Part shown: positions 14,135 to 29,444 of the stretch, in pieces | Position numbering within the stretch: position 1 is the stretch's first letter | Layout: every line of letters begins with the position of its first letter | Origin: Octopus vulgaris | Lineage: Eukaryota | Assembly: GCA_951406725.2 (NCBI GenBank) | Contig: OX597822.1 | Span: forward strand, 38,006,001-38,070,000 | Direction: 5' to 3' | DNA: 64,000 bases | Notes under the pieces: generated by a model | Told to the model about the DNA's origin: nothing | The model's input: only the letters and a program-made list of their open reading frames with translations | Database searches by the model: none | Made by a program: the position numbers and the translations under genes

Positions 14135-14695
14135 TTTCTTCTCCGATCTAGGCACGAGGTCCGAAATTTTTAGATCGACCCTAGTACGCAACTGGTACTT
14201 AATTTATCGACCCCGAAAGGATGAAAGGTAAAGTCGACGCCGGCAGAATTTGAACTCAGAACATAAAGACAGACGAAATACCGCTAAGCATTTCGCCCGA
14301 TGTGCTAACGTTTCTTATTTCTTTATTGCCCACAAGGAGCTAAACGTAGAGGAGACAAACAAGGACAGACAAAGGTATTAAGTCGATTACATCGACCCCA
14401 GTACGCTACTGGTACTTAATTTATTGACTCCGAAAGAATGAAAGGCAAAGTTGATCTCGGCAGAATTTGAACTCAGAACAAGGGCCTAAACACAGAGAGG
14501 ACAGACAATGACAGACAAACAGATTAAGTCGATTATATCGACCCCAGTGCGTAACTGGTACTTATTTAATCGACCCCGAAAGGATGAAAGGCAAAGTCGA
14601 CCTCGGCGGAATTTGAACTCAGAACGTAACGGCAGCCGAAATACCGCTAAGCATTCCGACCGGCGTGTTAACGTTTCTGCCAGCTCGCCGCCTTG
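14135..14695 (-). mobile_element. SINE family B (Meta-domain-like core), three nested or tandem cores
   Basis: atcgaccc..gtacgcaactggtactt...gaaaggatgaaagg.aaagtcgac.tcggc.gaatttgaactcagaac occurs at ~14175, ~14391 and ~14537; head ggcggcgagctggcagaaacgtta on the minus strand at ~14692. Confidence 0.8.
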
Positions 14696-15223
14696 AAGAC
14701 ATGGAATATTGTAGAGTTGAACGAAGTATTATCGTCATTCAATCTGTTGTATATGCGGGGCGGAAGGGATCGAAATTTTCTTGTAGGACATAGACACTGT
14801 CATTTGTTCTCATATTTCGTATTACTTTGGTGTTATCTATATAACTGCCGAGTGAGACAGATTTTATTTTTGTGTTTGACATTATGACAAACAAGAGATA
14901 ACTCAGAACGATGCCTTGAGTGAGTAGGGACAGCACTTATAGTCACATACTTGTTGGATAGGGCTACGTTCGCCGCCACCAATTACGTTAAGAGTTCAAA
15001 TCCGGCTGAGGGAAACTTTGTTTTAATTTTTTCTGGATCAATAAAATAAAGTACCAGTTAAGCACTGGGTTAATGATATCGAGGAATCCTATCCTCTAAA
15101 AATTGCTGGCCCTGTGCCAATATTTGAAACTATTATTATTTCTATTTAAGATGTTGCACAGCATCCAATATCGTGATGTTGTTGATTGAAGACATTGTGT
15201 CTACGGGGGATTTGTACTGTCTG

Positions 15224-15490
15224 TCAGGTCACAACAAGGACCTCAGACAGTACTTTACGTAATATGCGTGCAGTTCCATGTAATGTCGATTTTTGCAATA
15301 CACCTAGATTGTAGAGTATTTCTAAAGTTTCCAGACGTTCTCCGGCTGGATCTATTGAACTCAATGCTCCGATGACAACAGGGACATCCTTTATGTTTGA
15401 CTCTCGTAGCTGCGACATCTTAGCGATCTAATTTCTCAGGTCTCCATATTTATCAATCTTTTCTCTTTCTTTCCCGATAATATGTTGATT
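15224..15490 (-). pseudogene. R4/Dong-like non-LTR retrotransposon 3' fragment (RLE tail)
   Basis: KEREKIDKYGDLR...VPVVIGALSSI...LQKSTLHGTARILRKVL; adjoins a (TTA)n array. Confidence 0.75.
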
Positions 15491-15510
15491 TCATAATTAT
15501 TATTATCATT

Positions 15511-15589
<79 letters not shown>

Positions 15590-15806
15590 GGAGGAGAATC
15601 CCTTTGGTCACGAATGACAATGGAATTGCACCTAGAAAGTTACCCCCACCCCCTGAGGCACAAGTCCGGGCAAGTTTGTTTGTGGAAGGCTAGCAGTCGT
15701 ACATGCATACCAGCCTCCCCTCTCCACACTACTGATGTTATCCAAGGGAAAGGCAAAGGCCGATGCAGCTTGGCACCAATGTTGTTGTTGTTATTGTTGC
15801 TTTTAT

Positions 15807-16080
15807 TGAGTGCGAGAGTAGTGCATGCCATCAAAGTGACACTGGGGTAGAAATATACGAAGCCCAATATACCCATCATGACTACCCATCTAATAATGGT
15901 ACACCAGGCACATGCATCACAACCATATGTGCGTGACATGGTGATCCCGTATCAAGATAAACAGTGCAAGACTTTGCCGGTGGGGCCCAGTTAGAATTTT
16001 CTTCAGGCTGAGTAGCTCAAAAGGTCATTAGATAAGGGTTGTTTAAGGATGTTGAACGAAACACCTGTGTTTCCAGTGAT
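15807..16080. repeat. Dispersed repeat embedded in triplet arrays; longer copy at 17091-17600
   Basis: ttgagtg..agagtagtgcatgccatcaaagt...gggcccagttagaatt...gttgaacgaaacacct is present twice, each time between TTA/TTG/TAG arrays. Confidence 0.8.
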
Positions 16081-16090
16081 GTTGTTGTTG

Positions 16091-16175
<85 letters not shown>

Positions 16176-16269
16176 CATCATCATTATATGAAAACTCACA
16201 GCTTATTATGCTGGGTATGCTGGAAAGGGTCAGCTGTCCACAGCCAGCAGACAAAGGTGACACTTGTTT

Positions 16270-16895
16270 ACTGATCATGCTTCAAGAACCCTTCGGAGAA
16301 CTCTTTCAGTTCCAAGCAATGATGATTTTTATGGGTGTTCTATTTTTATACTTGTTCCAGACTTTTTCAGTCGCTTTTGTAGTTGGGCACTGGTACGTTC
16401 ACTTTCTTTATTGTCCACAGTTTGCTTATTTCCCACTTCAGATTATCATAGCTGTTCAGTTTTTCTTCTTCTTTCTCCTTGAACATGTTGTCATCGGGAC
16501 AAGCTATGTCGACTATCATACAAGTTGTTTTTTTGTCCACCATAACAATGTCAAGTTTCCGATGTCTAATTTGATGGTTACACCGAATCATTGCATCCAA
16601 CAGTATTTTGCAATCCTCATCCTCATTAACTCCTTCTGGAAGTTAGTCATACCAAGTCTTTGATCTTTCTAGGTCATAATTTCCACAAAGTTCCCAATGG
16701 CTCATTGTCATATCACCGTTGGGTATTCCGTTGTGTCAATTCCGAATTTTTACTAACAATGTGCCATGCCGTTTCACTCCTCTCACACATTCTACATTTG
16801 TCACTCTCGGTTTGTTTTCTCAATTTTGCACTTCACATAGTTTGTCCGCAAAGCTTATTCTTCTTTTGCACATATAAGTGCCTCTGTTCTTCAAG
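16270..16895 (-). pseudogene. R4/Dong-like non-LTR retrotransposon fragment (CCHC knuckle plus restriction-like endonuclease)
   Basis: DKCRMCERSETAWHIVS knuckle remnant and ORF 16367-16600 HRKLDIVMVDKKTTCMIVDIACPDDNMFKEKEEEKLNSYDNLKWEISKLW (PD..D-type RLE). Confidence 0.8.
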
Positions 16896-16974
<79 letters not shown>

Positions 16975-16975
16975 C

Positions 16976-17075
<100 letters not shown>

Positions 17076-17090
17076 CTGTTGTTGTTGTTA

Positions 17091-17600
17091 TTGAGTGACA
17101 GAGTAGTGCATGCCATCAAAGTAACGCTGGAGTAAAATATACAAAACCCAGAATACCCATCATGACTACCCGTCTGATAAGGGTACACTAGGCACATGCA
17201 TCACAACCATATGTGCGCGACATGATGATCTCACATCAAGATAAACAGTGCATGACCTTGCAGATGGGGCCCAGTTAGAATTATCTGCAGGTCAAGTATC
17301 CCATCCCGCTTGAAAGGTCCCTGAATAAGGGTTGTTTAAGGAAGTTGAACGAAACACCTATGTTTCCAGAGATGAATTACTCAATACCCTAAGAACCCCT
17401 CTCAACACATGGCTATGATATTCCCCAACTACTTCTGCTCGTGATCAGAGATGCACATATTCTCAGACACCAAGAAACATGCTTAAGTGGTTAAGGTCAA
17501 ACAACTGACAAGCATATCTGTGATATTGAGCAGAATATTTGTTGTAGCCCATCTTTTATACCAAGACAAAGAATGTACATGATAACACTTCCAATCAGTT
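17091..17600. repeat. Longer copy of the triplet-array-associated repeat
   Basis: Collinear with 15807-16080; flanked by (TAG)n on both sides. Confidence 0.8.
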
Positions 17601-17665
<65 letters not shown>

Positions 17666-17773
17666 TTATATTTTACCTCTCAGAGCCCTCGATCATACTT
17701 GTTCGGTTAATTCCGTGAGAGGGGACAGCAACTTGTTGTCTAAGATCTCATAGGGTCCCTTTCAACAAATTGC

Positions 17774-17810
<37 letters not shown>

Positions 17811-18035
17811 TAATTTAAAGAACCGGAATAAATACCGCTAAGCATTTTGTCCAACTCTTACGATGAATGCATATTCCCTTAATACCACTGTCACATGTGA
17901 TCCACCCTGATTATAAATATCCCCCAAACTTATTTCAATTGTGTCATAATTTTCTGTATCTTCGATGCAATTATTAAAAGAGTATATTCATTTAATTCAC
18001 ATCAAAAGAAAATTCCACGCTTTGCATCGCAAAAT

Positions 18036-18345
18036 TTCGAAAACGCCTGCGCTAACTTCTTGGGAAATACGAAGGTTCTAAACTATTCTGAGATAGAAGG
18101 TGACTAGCTTAAGCCTTTACCAAACAATGTAGAGCAAGATGTCATTAAAAGTTCATTTCTTGAGTTGTCGTCTGATGTGATTAGAGACAAACTTAGGAAG
18201 CGTTTTCAACTGAAAACTTCCGCCGTGGAAAAGCGTTACCAAAATAAGCAGAGCTCTAGTATACATGTTGAATATTACTGGACTTTAAAGAAGGACATGC
18301 CTAGGGAAAAGTACTGAAGAAAATCAAACAAGGATAATTCTTAAA
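18036..18345 (+). pseudogene. Chapaev3-like DNA transposase C-terminal remnant
   Basis: Frameshifted NFLGNTKVLNYSE...KMSLKVHFL...KRFQLKTSAVEKRYQNK...YYWTLKKD resembles the recalled NFLGN...MSLKIHFL...ERFHQDI..MEKRYQG...YCWTLKRD motif. Confidence 0.65.
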
Positions 18346-19291
18346 GTACAATAATATCGATTATTCATACTTCAATAAATGTGTCACGATATGGGGGTCT
18401 TCAAAATTTAAATTACATGTTCATAAAATTCAAACATATAACAAATTTATATAGATTCAGAACAAAGACATACAGAATAATAATGTAAGAAATAGGTTCC
18501 GTTCGTTTCCCAGGAGAGATAATATTTAAAATGTTAGTATGGGTAGGAACTGCATAACTATCTTATCTGCCTTGAGACTGAGGTACTCCTTGACAGGCCG
18601 ATAGAATGTATAATCCTGGCTGATAACGTTATGTTTGTTGATTTGAGGTTCAAAGTTATGATGTCATCTTGGTGCAGTAGGTGGCATGTTTGTACAGTTT
18701 ACTTCAAACGCGAGGTTCGATCCCTATAAGAAATAACACAAATTTTTACACGCCTACTGTAACATACATATACATAATATATATATATGTGTATGTATGT
18801 GTGTGTGTGTGTGTCTGTATAAGAGCGTAGGCTCGAAATGTAAAAGACTTTTTCTATTCCTGAGCGTTATACTAATACATCTGTTTGTTTTGTACACCAC
18901 CTGTCTTCGTCTTTTGTTTTTTTCGTAAACTTTCCCTATATATATAAGTACAGCACACACACACGAACACACAAACGATTGGCTTACTCGCAGTTTCCGT
19001 CTGAGGAAGCTTCGGCCAGCCCGGTGCTACAGTACAAGATAATTGGCCAAAGTCTCACGCTAAACACGAAACCATGTAACTGCATAAGGATTAAAAAACA
19101 CACACTCAAAATACACACCCATGTGTTAGTGTATACATATATATTATATACGCATACGTATATATACAAATATATATGTGTGGATATATATATAAATTTA
19201 TATATACCTATATATGTGCGACCGGTTGTGTCTGTGTGAGTGTACAAATAAACATACATTCATACACGCATATATACATTCTTACATGCAC

Positions 19292-19324
<33 letters not shown>

Positions 19325-19422
19325 TACACACACATACACACACACACACACATACACACACACACATACACACACACATATGTATTTATAAAGATATATG
19401 TATGTGTGTGTGTGTATGTATG

Positions 19423-19470
<48 letters not shown>

Positions 19471-19830
19471 CATACACACATACACGGAGAGAGAGAGGGA
19501 TAGATAGACAGATAGATTGATAGATAGATACAGAAGACAGACACAGAGATTGATTGATTGATTGACTGATTGATTGAATGCTATACATGAATGTTGACAA
19601 TCTGAACTTATTAAAACATACATGCTAATTTACTGCTCATGTACAGCATATACACATTCTACATACACCAATATATATATATCAATGCATACAAGGATAT
19701 ACATGTATATGCAAGTATGTATGTATGTATATATATGTATATGTACAGGTAAATGTACGTGTATTCATGTGTACAAATATACATATATATATAAATATAT
19801 ATGCATGTATCTATTTATCTATCTATCCCC

Positions 19831-19926
<96 letters not shown>

Positions 19927-19967
19927 ATATATATATATTCTACCTTGACTTTTTCCATATTCATATA

Positions 19968-20034
<67 letters not shown>

Positions 20035-20040
20035 CATGTA

Positions 20041-20091
<51 letters not shown>

Positions 20092-20153
20092 GTGTGTGTG
20101 TATGTATTCATATATATATATATAATATATATATATATATTTATATATATGTA

Positions 20154-20213
<60 letters not shown>

Positions 20214-20586
20214 TGTAGCATCTAATTATGCTTTTACGAGTAAATGCATATCTGTAACACACATGGCGATAAACAGCTATAAGAAAATATCTTATTACTA
20301 GATTGGCATATTCATGCCAGTTTCGTTTCCAGCATGCTCTTCTAAACAATATATTTTTCGCATAATTATTTTTCTTTAATCAGATATGCTACTAAATTGC
20401 TCTGATTCGAATTATACTGTATATGCAGGATAATGTTTTATATATTGTCTTGGTTATGTAACACATACACAATATATGATTTGTGTTTTTTTAAGATGTA
20501 ATTCAAAATATTTTTTTTTATGATTTAAAGAAAACTATACATACGTACCAATACAGACAAGTAACATGCACACCCATGTGCACTGT

Positions 20587-20700
<114 letters not shown>

Positions 20701-20958
20701 ACATATATGTACATATACATATATATGTACACACTCATATATACATATATATATAATATATATATATATTTATACATACATATATATTATACATATATAC
20801 ATATATATATCATATATATGTATGTATGCATGTATGTATTATGTATACAGTATATACATCATACGTAGATTCATAACGATATGTTTGTGTGTATGAACGT
20901 ATGCACAATTATATATATATATGTGTGTGTGTGTGTATGATGATGTATATATACATAC

Positions 20959-21009
<51 letters not shown>

Positions 21010-21037
21010 AATATACACATACACACACACACACATA

Positions 21038-21140
<103 letters not shown>

Positions 21141-21141
21141 A

Positions 21142-21490
21142 GGTGCGACCACCTTGGGCAAGTGTCTTCTGCTATAGCATCTGGCTGACGATATCTTGTT
21201 AGTGAATTTGGTAGAGGGAAACTGAAAGAAGCCCGTCGTATATATGTATATATGTATATACCTATAAGTGTGTTTTTGTTTCTGTGTTTGTAACCCCGCA
21301 CCCACCCTATCACCGCTGACAACCGGTGCAGGTGTGTTTATGTCGCCGTATCTTAGCGGTTCGGACATGAGAACCGATAGAATAAGTTCTAGGCTTTTAA
21401 AAACAATTAGTCATAGGGTCGATTTGCTCGACTAAAAGCCTTCAAGTCGATGCTACAGCATGGCTACAGTCAGATGACTGTAACAAAAGT
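21142..21490 (+). mobile_element. SINE family A, 5'-truncated
   Basis: caccttgggcaagtgtcttct...gaaactgaaagaagcccgtcg...accgatagaataagt...cagtcagatgactg. Confidence 0.8.
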
Positions 21491-21649
21491 GGAACAGCGG
21501 CATCAAACTCCATCATTGACCAAAGGACACATATCAAAGGAGGTTTCAAATAATAGTACATCACATGCAATGGTGGTGCTCCAGCATGACCACAGCTGTG
21601 AAGCTGAAACATTTTAAAGATTTAAATATATATATATATGTGTGTATTC

Positions 21650-22110
<461 letters not shown>

Positions 22111-22117
22111 ATATACA

Positions 22118-22293
<176 letters not shown>

Positions 22294-22788
22294 TATAAAT
22301 ATATATATACATCTATGTATGTATTTCATTTCTACACTCAATTATATAGTATATTTGGCTTATGCTGTGTAATTGACCGTAGAAATAATAAGAAAAAGAA
22401 CCTTTTGGATATACAGTAAGTATAGTAATAATAATCTAGCAAAGCGAACCCAGGATTTACCCATCGGTTGAGTTGCACCTTAAGTAATCCTAGGTGTTCC
22501 TGACAACTCGATACTTTGATGTGGTTAGACTGGACCCGGATTATAACTGGGTGTTTGGTCATACATACACATGCACACACATGTATATATGTATATATAT
22601 ATATGTGTATGTATACATATATATAGATGTATATATATATATACATATATACATGTATATATACAAGTATACATATATATATATATGTATGTGTGTGTGT
22701 GTGTGTGTATACATATTATAATATATATATATATATATATTTGTGTGTGTGTGTATATATATGTGTGTGTATGTGTGTATATAAATGC

Positions 22789-22825
<37 letters not shown>

Positions 22826-23158
22826 GACTAATTTGTGAGTTGTACAAACAAGTATTTTAGACATTGCATACTATAGACTAGAATGAATAAATATTCCTAC
22901 GATTTCCTAATTTTAAGCTTCAAGATCATAATATATCAATTATACATGCCACAGTCTATTTGTGTATGTGTGTGTGAGTGAGTGTCTGTGTGTGGGAGTG
23001 AGTATGCGCGCGTGTGTGCTCGTGATTTTCAGCAGTGAACTCATTATCAGTGTTATATATATATATATATATATTACATTATATGTATTATGCAATATGA
23101 AATGTAGTATATATATATTTTGAAAATTAAAATCATACACATATGACTGGTAGTACCC

Positions 23159-23209
<51 letters not shown>

Positions 23210-23646
23210 CATACAAACGTACATATATAGATATATACATATATAATATATATATATGTAATATATATATACATATTTGAGCATATATGATGTAGTTCAT
23301 TCAGTAAATGTTGCATATATATATATAGATCAAAGCACATTATGTTGGTATGTTAACCGTTTCACATCTAGGATATGCTAGCCCAGTTGTTTTGAGTTAC
23401 TTTGGTAAGTCGTCGAAGGAGTATATACTACCAGTTAATAAGGTATTGTATGTATGTAAGTATATTAAGTGTGTATGTATGCATATTTGTATGTATGTAT
23501 GCCTACATAAATCTATCTAGCTATATATGTATAAATATATATATATATATATATATATGATATAGTTAATGTATGTAAACGTATATATATATATATGTGT
23601 ATATGTATATATATGTGTGTCGGGGGGTATATATGTATATGTTATA

Positions 23647-23690
<44 letters not shown>

Positions 23691-23730
23691 GAACACAAAT
23701 ACAAACATTGATATATATATTGTTGTCTCC

Positions 23731-23844
<114 letters not shown>

Positions 23845-24057
23845 TCTGACGTATATAAGGATTGTGCTAAATTACAAGAAAATATAAATTTTAAATTATA
23901 TATTTAAAAATTACAAATATTAATGACAAATTTTAAGTCATAAACAGGATAAAAAGTAGTTTCTTAAATATACAGAAGTATTCACTACAAAACAATTTAG
24001 CTATATACATGTCTTTTTAAAAACATTATATACAGTTCATATATACATATATACTGC

Positions 24058-24157
<100 letters not shown>

Positions 24158-24395
24158 ATGCATATATATATAATACATATATATATATACATATAAATAT
24201 ATATATATATATATATATACATATATATATGTATATATACATACATATATATACGTATATATATACATATATTTACACACACATATATATATATCTATAT
24301 ATATTTACATATATATGCATATATATCTACAAATATATACACTTATACTAAGATATACATATATACGTACATATATATATATACACATGTATGTA

Positions 24396-24523
<128 letters not shown>

Positions 24524-24558
24524 TATACATATATAGATATATACATATATATATACAC

Positions 24559-24594
<36 letters not shown>

Positions 24595-24612
24595 ATAGGT
24601 ATATATATACAC

Positions 24613-24655
<43 letters not shown>

Positions 24656-25049
24656 AAACGAAACCGACATGAATGCTCCATTCTAAGAATTAATTATATT
24701 TGTACACTACTATAAAGGTTTCAAATTTTAGCACAAGGTAAGTAATTTGGGCGGTGAGGGGTAATACATTGGCATAAGATCATCTGTTCAATTAATAATA
24801 ATAAATCTATAAATTTGATATTGATGGCTACGAGAATAGAAGTCTGTAGAAATGGATCACGTTTATGAAATAGAAACCTTTATTCATATTTTATTTTAAA
24901 TATATAATTTGTTGAGCTGCGAAGTAGGTAGAAATCTGGTCCTCGCCGAGTATTGAACGGCCGAATTGATGAATGCCAGTGTATTATATAAATGAAAATT
25001 ATTTATGTGTGTGTGTGTTTATGTGTTTATATATATATATATACATATA

Positions 25050-25350
25050 TCACTGTGATCACCGTGACCGACCAGATGTTGCTACACATCGCTGGTCACA
25101 ATGCGTTTCGCATTGTTTTTTTTTAGCCGTTAAATGACGCCACCCCGCTGGCTAAGCGAGCAGGCCAATAGAAGAAAGAGTAAGAGAAAGTTGTGGTGAA
25201 AGAGTACAGCAGGGATCGCTACCCCCCCCCCCCCCTTGCCGGAGCCTCGTGTTTTCGCTCAATAAACACTCACAACGCCCGGTCTGGGAATCGAAACCGC
25301 GATCCTACGACCGCGAGTTCGCTGCTCTAACCACTGAGCCATTGCACCTC

Positions 25351-25352
<2 letters not shown>
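25050..25352 (-). mobile_element. tRNA-derived SINE, family C variant with an alternative tail
   Basis: Head ggaggtgcaatggctcagtggttagagcagcgaactcgcggtcgtaggatcgcggtttcgattccc; the tail segment is also at 8278-8380 and, inverted, at 61940-62050. Confidence 0.85.
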
Positions 25353-25442
<90 letters not shown>

Positions 25443-25527
25443 TATAGTTATAAATATATATATATACATATTTGCACTCAGAAACATATATATAATGCTC
25501 CCCAAAACACATATAGAACATGATATA

Positions 25528-25564
<37 letters not shown>

Positions 25565-25673
25565 TAGACATGTATGCATACATGCGTACTTGCACACATG
25601 CACGCGCGCGCGCGCACGCACACACACACTCAAAAGGCATGCGTTCACACACTAATGTGTGCTTGCATGTATG

Positions 25674-25707
<34 letters not shown>

Positions 25708-25877
25708 TGTATACATGTATGTATGTGTGTACATATGTATGCATGCATGCGTGTATATACATAATATAACTGTCCCGTATTCAGCCTCCGTCTTATTTCA
25801 GCCGAAAGGTTTTCTTTTTAATCCAATGTACTCGCTAATATGCAGAGCGTTATCTACTTCGAATCCAAGCGTTAAAT

Positions 25878-25935
<58 letters not shown>

Positions 25936-26002
25936 AAAAATATATACACACACATACATATATATATATATATACACGCACGCACGCACACACGCACACA
26001 GA

Positions 26003-26044
<42 letters not shown>

Positions 26045-26047
<3 letters not shown>

Positions 26048-26896
26048 GGTGCGGTGAATAAACTGTCGTCTATATTAAGAAAAGTTATAATAACACTGAC
26101 ATCTTGTTTTAACAGATATAATACCGAAATTACATAAAAAATATCTTGAAATATTAAGCAGTAAATTTATTCAATAAAATCGCCATTGGCTTCAACCACT
26201 GCCTCCAGACGACTTCGAAATCTCCTGCAACTCCTCTGTACGGTTTCCTTGTTTAAGTAGATGAATGCTGCCATAATCCTTGCCTTCAGTTCATCTTTGG
26301 TGTTACAAGGAGTTTTGTTGGTCTCTCACTCAACTGCACTTCACACATAATAATGGGAGCGGGTTGTAGTCTGGGGAGTTAGATGGCCAGATGTTCGGGG
26401 TGATGTGGTCGCAGAAATTGTCAGGTAGTCGTGACTGAGTTCTCTTGCTTGTGTGGCATGGTGCAAAGTCCTGTTGCTAGGCATAGTGTCTTCCAGCAGT
26501 CACCCTCTTGACGCAGAGCAGCACAACCTCCTCCAGACACTTGATGTAGGCCTCTGTGTTGAGTGTGAGGCCGTGTGGGGAGATGAATGTAGGCAGAACG
26601 TCGCCATCACTAGCGATCACTCGAAACATCATGATGTTGACTGGATGTTTGATTTTTATCACTATCGTTTCATGTCCTCTGATTGCACTGTCCTCAAATT
26701 GACACACAAACACTCTGAAATGTTCGTATTGGAACTACCGGCGCAAATGCCAAGCAATACAGAATGTTGTTTCCAAATCTCTGACAGAGTGAATTGCGTC
26801 ATGGTGCTGTTTTTCTCACAGACAGAGCCCAAGACAAATGTTCATGTGCGAAATTAGAAATTTAAAATGGCGACCATTTATCCCACGCGCCTTCTG
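26045..26896 (-). mobile_element. DD37D (maT/Bmmar1-like) Tc1/mariner deletion derivative, copy 1
   Basis: KHPVNIMMFRVIASDGDV...QQDFAPCHTSKRTQSRLPDNFCDHITPNIWPSNSPDYNP; alignment with copy 3 (..SPD*NALDYYVW) gives 37 residues between the second and third D; terminus ta|cagggtgcgg. Confidence 0.8.
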
Positions 26897-26917
26897 TGTG
26901 TTGTGTGTGTATGTGTA

Positions 26918-26951
<34 letters not shown>

Positions 26952-27469
26952 CATATGTATATGTACAGATACACATGCACATTTTTAATGAGTGAGAGAC
27001 AGACAGACAGAAAGAAAGAGTGGGTCTTTATGGAGGGAGATAAATACGTAGAATGATACGATTAAAAAAAATCAGTACTACTGTAAACTCTACCTGTATT
27101 GCATATCATAGTATACAGGCACAGATAAGTACATATATACATGCATACATACATGAATACACATATATGAATTCATACATCCTTACCCACGTACTTACAT
27201 TCTTAGACACATACTCACATACACGCATTTTTACACAATGCATATATAATGCATACATGCACACATACACACACCTACATACATTCACACATATACATAT
27301 ACATGCACGAATGCCAACATACATACATGTATACATACATAGAGACATACAGCCAGACATACATAATTGTATAATTGTTGAAAATTATCTACATTTTTAT
27401 TGTATGTATTTCGCAATAATCACCGCGACCGGCAGCGATCCTGGTGAAATGCATTCAAGTAAGAGGAGA

Positions 27470-27990
27470 AAAGAAGGTATTTAAGGCTGTACCGAACAAC
27501 ACCACATCTACAAAACTTTCCTCAACGAACTGAAACAGCAGCGCCGAAATCTGATCACTCTATTGCTAATCTATAAAATGGCGTTTGTCGCAGTTCCTTA
27601 CTCACATGAATAATGGAGACGCTACGCTTTGCTAAGGTTCCAACTGCTGTAGACAATGACATTAAGAGACAAACAACAATATGGTTCACAGAGCTATCAC
27701 TTAAAATTGTGGCTAATACTGTAATCACTAACAGAATTAGGTTATCAACAGGAAGATTTCAGAGTGACAGTTTAGCTGAATTGCTTTTTGTCTTATCACT
27801 GGATCTCTTGTCAACCCTCTAAAGCTACATGATACGAGCTGCAGATGAAAGAAAGATTAATCTTACTCGTGATTTTATTGTTGATGACCTTAAGCCGTAC
27901 CCAAGCAATATTCATGAGACCAAGAATCAGTTAAAATTGGTCGAAAAACGTTTTCATGGAACATAGGAATATTCGAAGCAAGTGTTTCTA
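27470..27990 (+). pseudogene. Reverse transcriptase remnant of an RLE-type (R4/NeSL-like) non-LTR element
   Basis: GCTEQ...LNELKQQRRNLITLLLIYKMAFVAVP (degenerate DYKKAFDSVP), GRFQSDSLAELLFVLSL (G.FQGDSLS), FIVDDLK (Y/F.DD). Confidence 0.75.
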
Positions 27991-28619
27991 TTTGGTAGTG
28001 CATCTAGGTAAGATCATCGTCCAAGCCAGGAATATGGGTATCAATGTCTTGTCTCCCTCCCCTGTCACCGGTGGTAAATATTACATGTGACTGGGAATTG
28101 ACGAGAATATTGTATGTGTTGGTACTGTCAGTAGATCTAGAGTGAAAAAAGAATATTTCAGCAAACTTGGGAAAGTCTGGAAATCTTATATATACATGGA
28201 ATTTCGTATGTTTTTTCTTCTTTTTTGACCAAGGCCCTGAAGAAGCTTGTATACATAGATAAGAATTTATATATATATATATATATATACGCACAACATA
28301 TAAAAATGTGTGTACACTCATAGAACTTTAAATCCGCATCAATATAGAATTGTTTTTTTAGCCCTAGGTCACCCAATCACCTTTTTTTTCAGATGCACTG
28401 CATTAATATTAGTATAGAGATTGGTTCAGCAATGTTGAATTTCTTAGTTATCACGTAAATACCAATTTATACTAAAATTGTGAAACACCAAACGAGAAAC
28501 TTAAAATAAATATGGGTACTGTTTGTTTTTATAAAACCAGGAAATAATATAAAGTAGGGAAACCCAGTTTTTTAACGACGTCTTCGAAACTATAGGCCAT
28601 AGAGAGAAAATTACCTCAA

Positions 28620-29205
28620 GCCTTATCCTCTGAAAAGAAGGGGCATAGAAACGTCATTTCGTTTGTACTCCAGTTCTCCTAATATTTGAAGTCTTATGTA
28701 GATAAAGCCCTTCTTAGAATCCTCGATAAAAACTTTCCCTCTAACCATAGATATAGAAATTTCTTTAGTTGGTACATACTTAAGATTACTAATATGAAAC
28801 AGATTCTATCCCGTAACTATTTACGGTGGATGTTCGCGCATGTTCCTATATGTCTATGGAATATATTCTGCACTACTGAGGCCATCGTATATGAGACAGA
28901 GCTCAAGTCTATTGATCCAGCCTGAAGCGCTACATCGGTATGACAGAATAGCTATTCAATAAAAAATGTTGTAACCACATTTCTTCCTACATATCACTCT
29001 TCCTATACACCGCTAAATAACGAAACTTTCAAAACCTATTGGCTGGAGAATTGTAGAAAAGTATAACCTTTGCATCAATGCTAACAGAGAATATAGCCTC
29101 TTCACTGCTGAGAAGAAATTGATTCTGATGAAATCTTGTTTTAAATTTGAGAGCTAAATCGGGGGTTTTATCCTAAGAATGCACAACAAGAAATTTATTC
29201 TTCAG
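28620..29205 (+). pseudogene. Penelope-like element (Naiad-like) linker plus GIY-YIG endonuclease remnant
   Basis: RNVISFVLQFS...LLRILDKNFPSNHRYRNFF...NMKQIL then C..C.TEAIVYETE, frameshift, KRYIGMTE (IVY...YIG). Confidence 0.7.
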
Positions 29206-29319
29206 TTCAGAACATATCGACACTAAATCCGACGATGATTTCGTTCAGGTTTATTGAGTAATTAATTGCCTCCATGTTTGTTTTCATTCATTTTTCTTGT
29301 TTTTTTTCTGTCTTTTTTT

Positions 29320-29392
<73 letters not shown>

Positions 29393-29398
29393 ACCTTT

Positions 29399-29444
<46 letters not shown>

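Noticed and set aside
25285-25352. tRNA-like sequence (also 13215-13283)
   Set aside because: Continues directly into a SINE body and lacks a complete acceptor stem; it is a SINE head, not a tRNA gene
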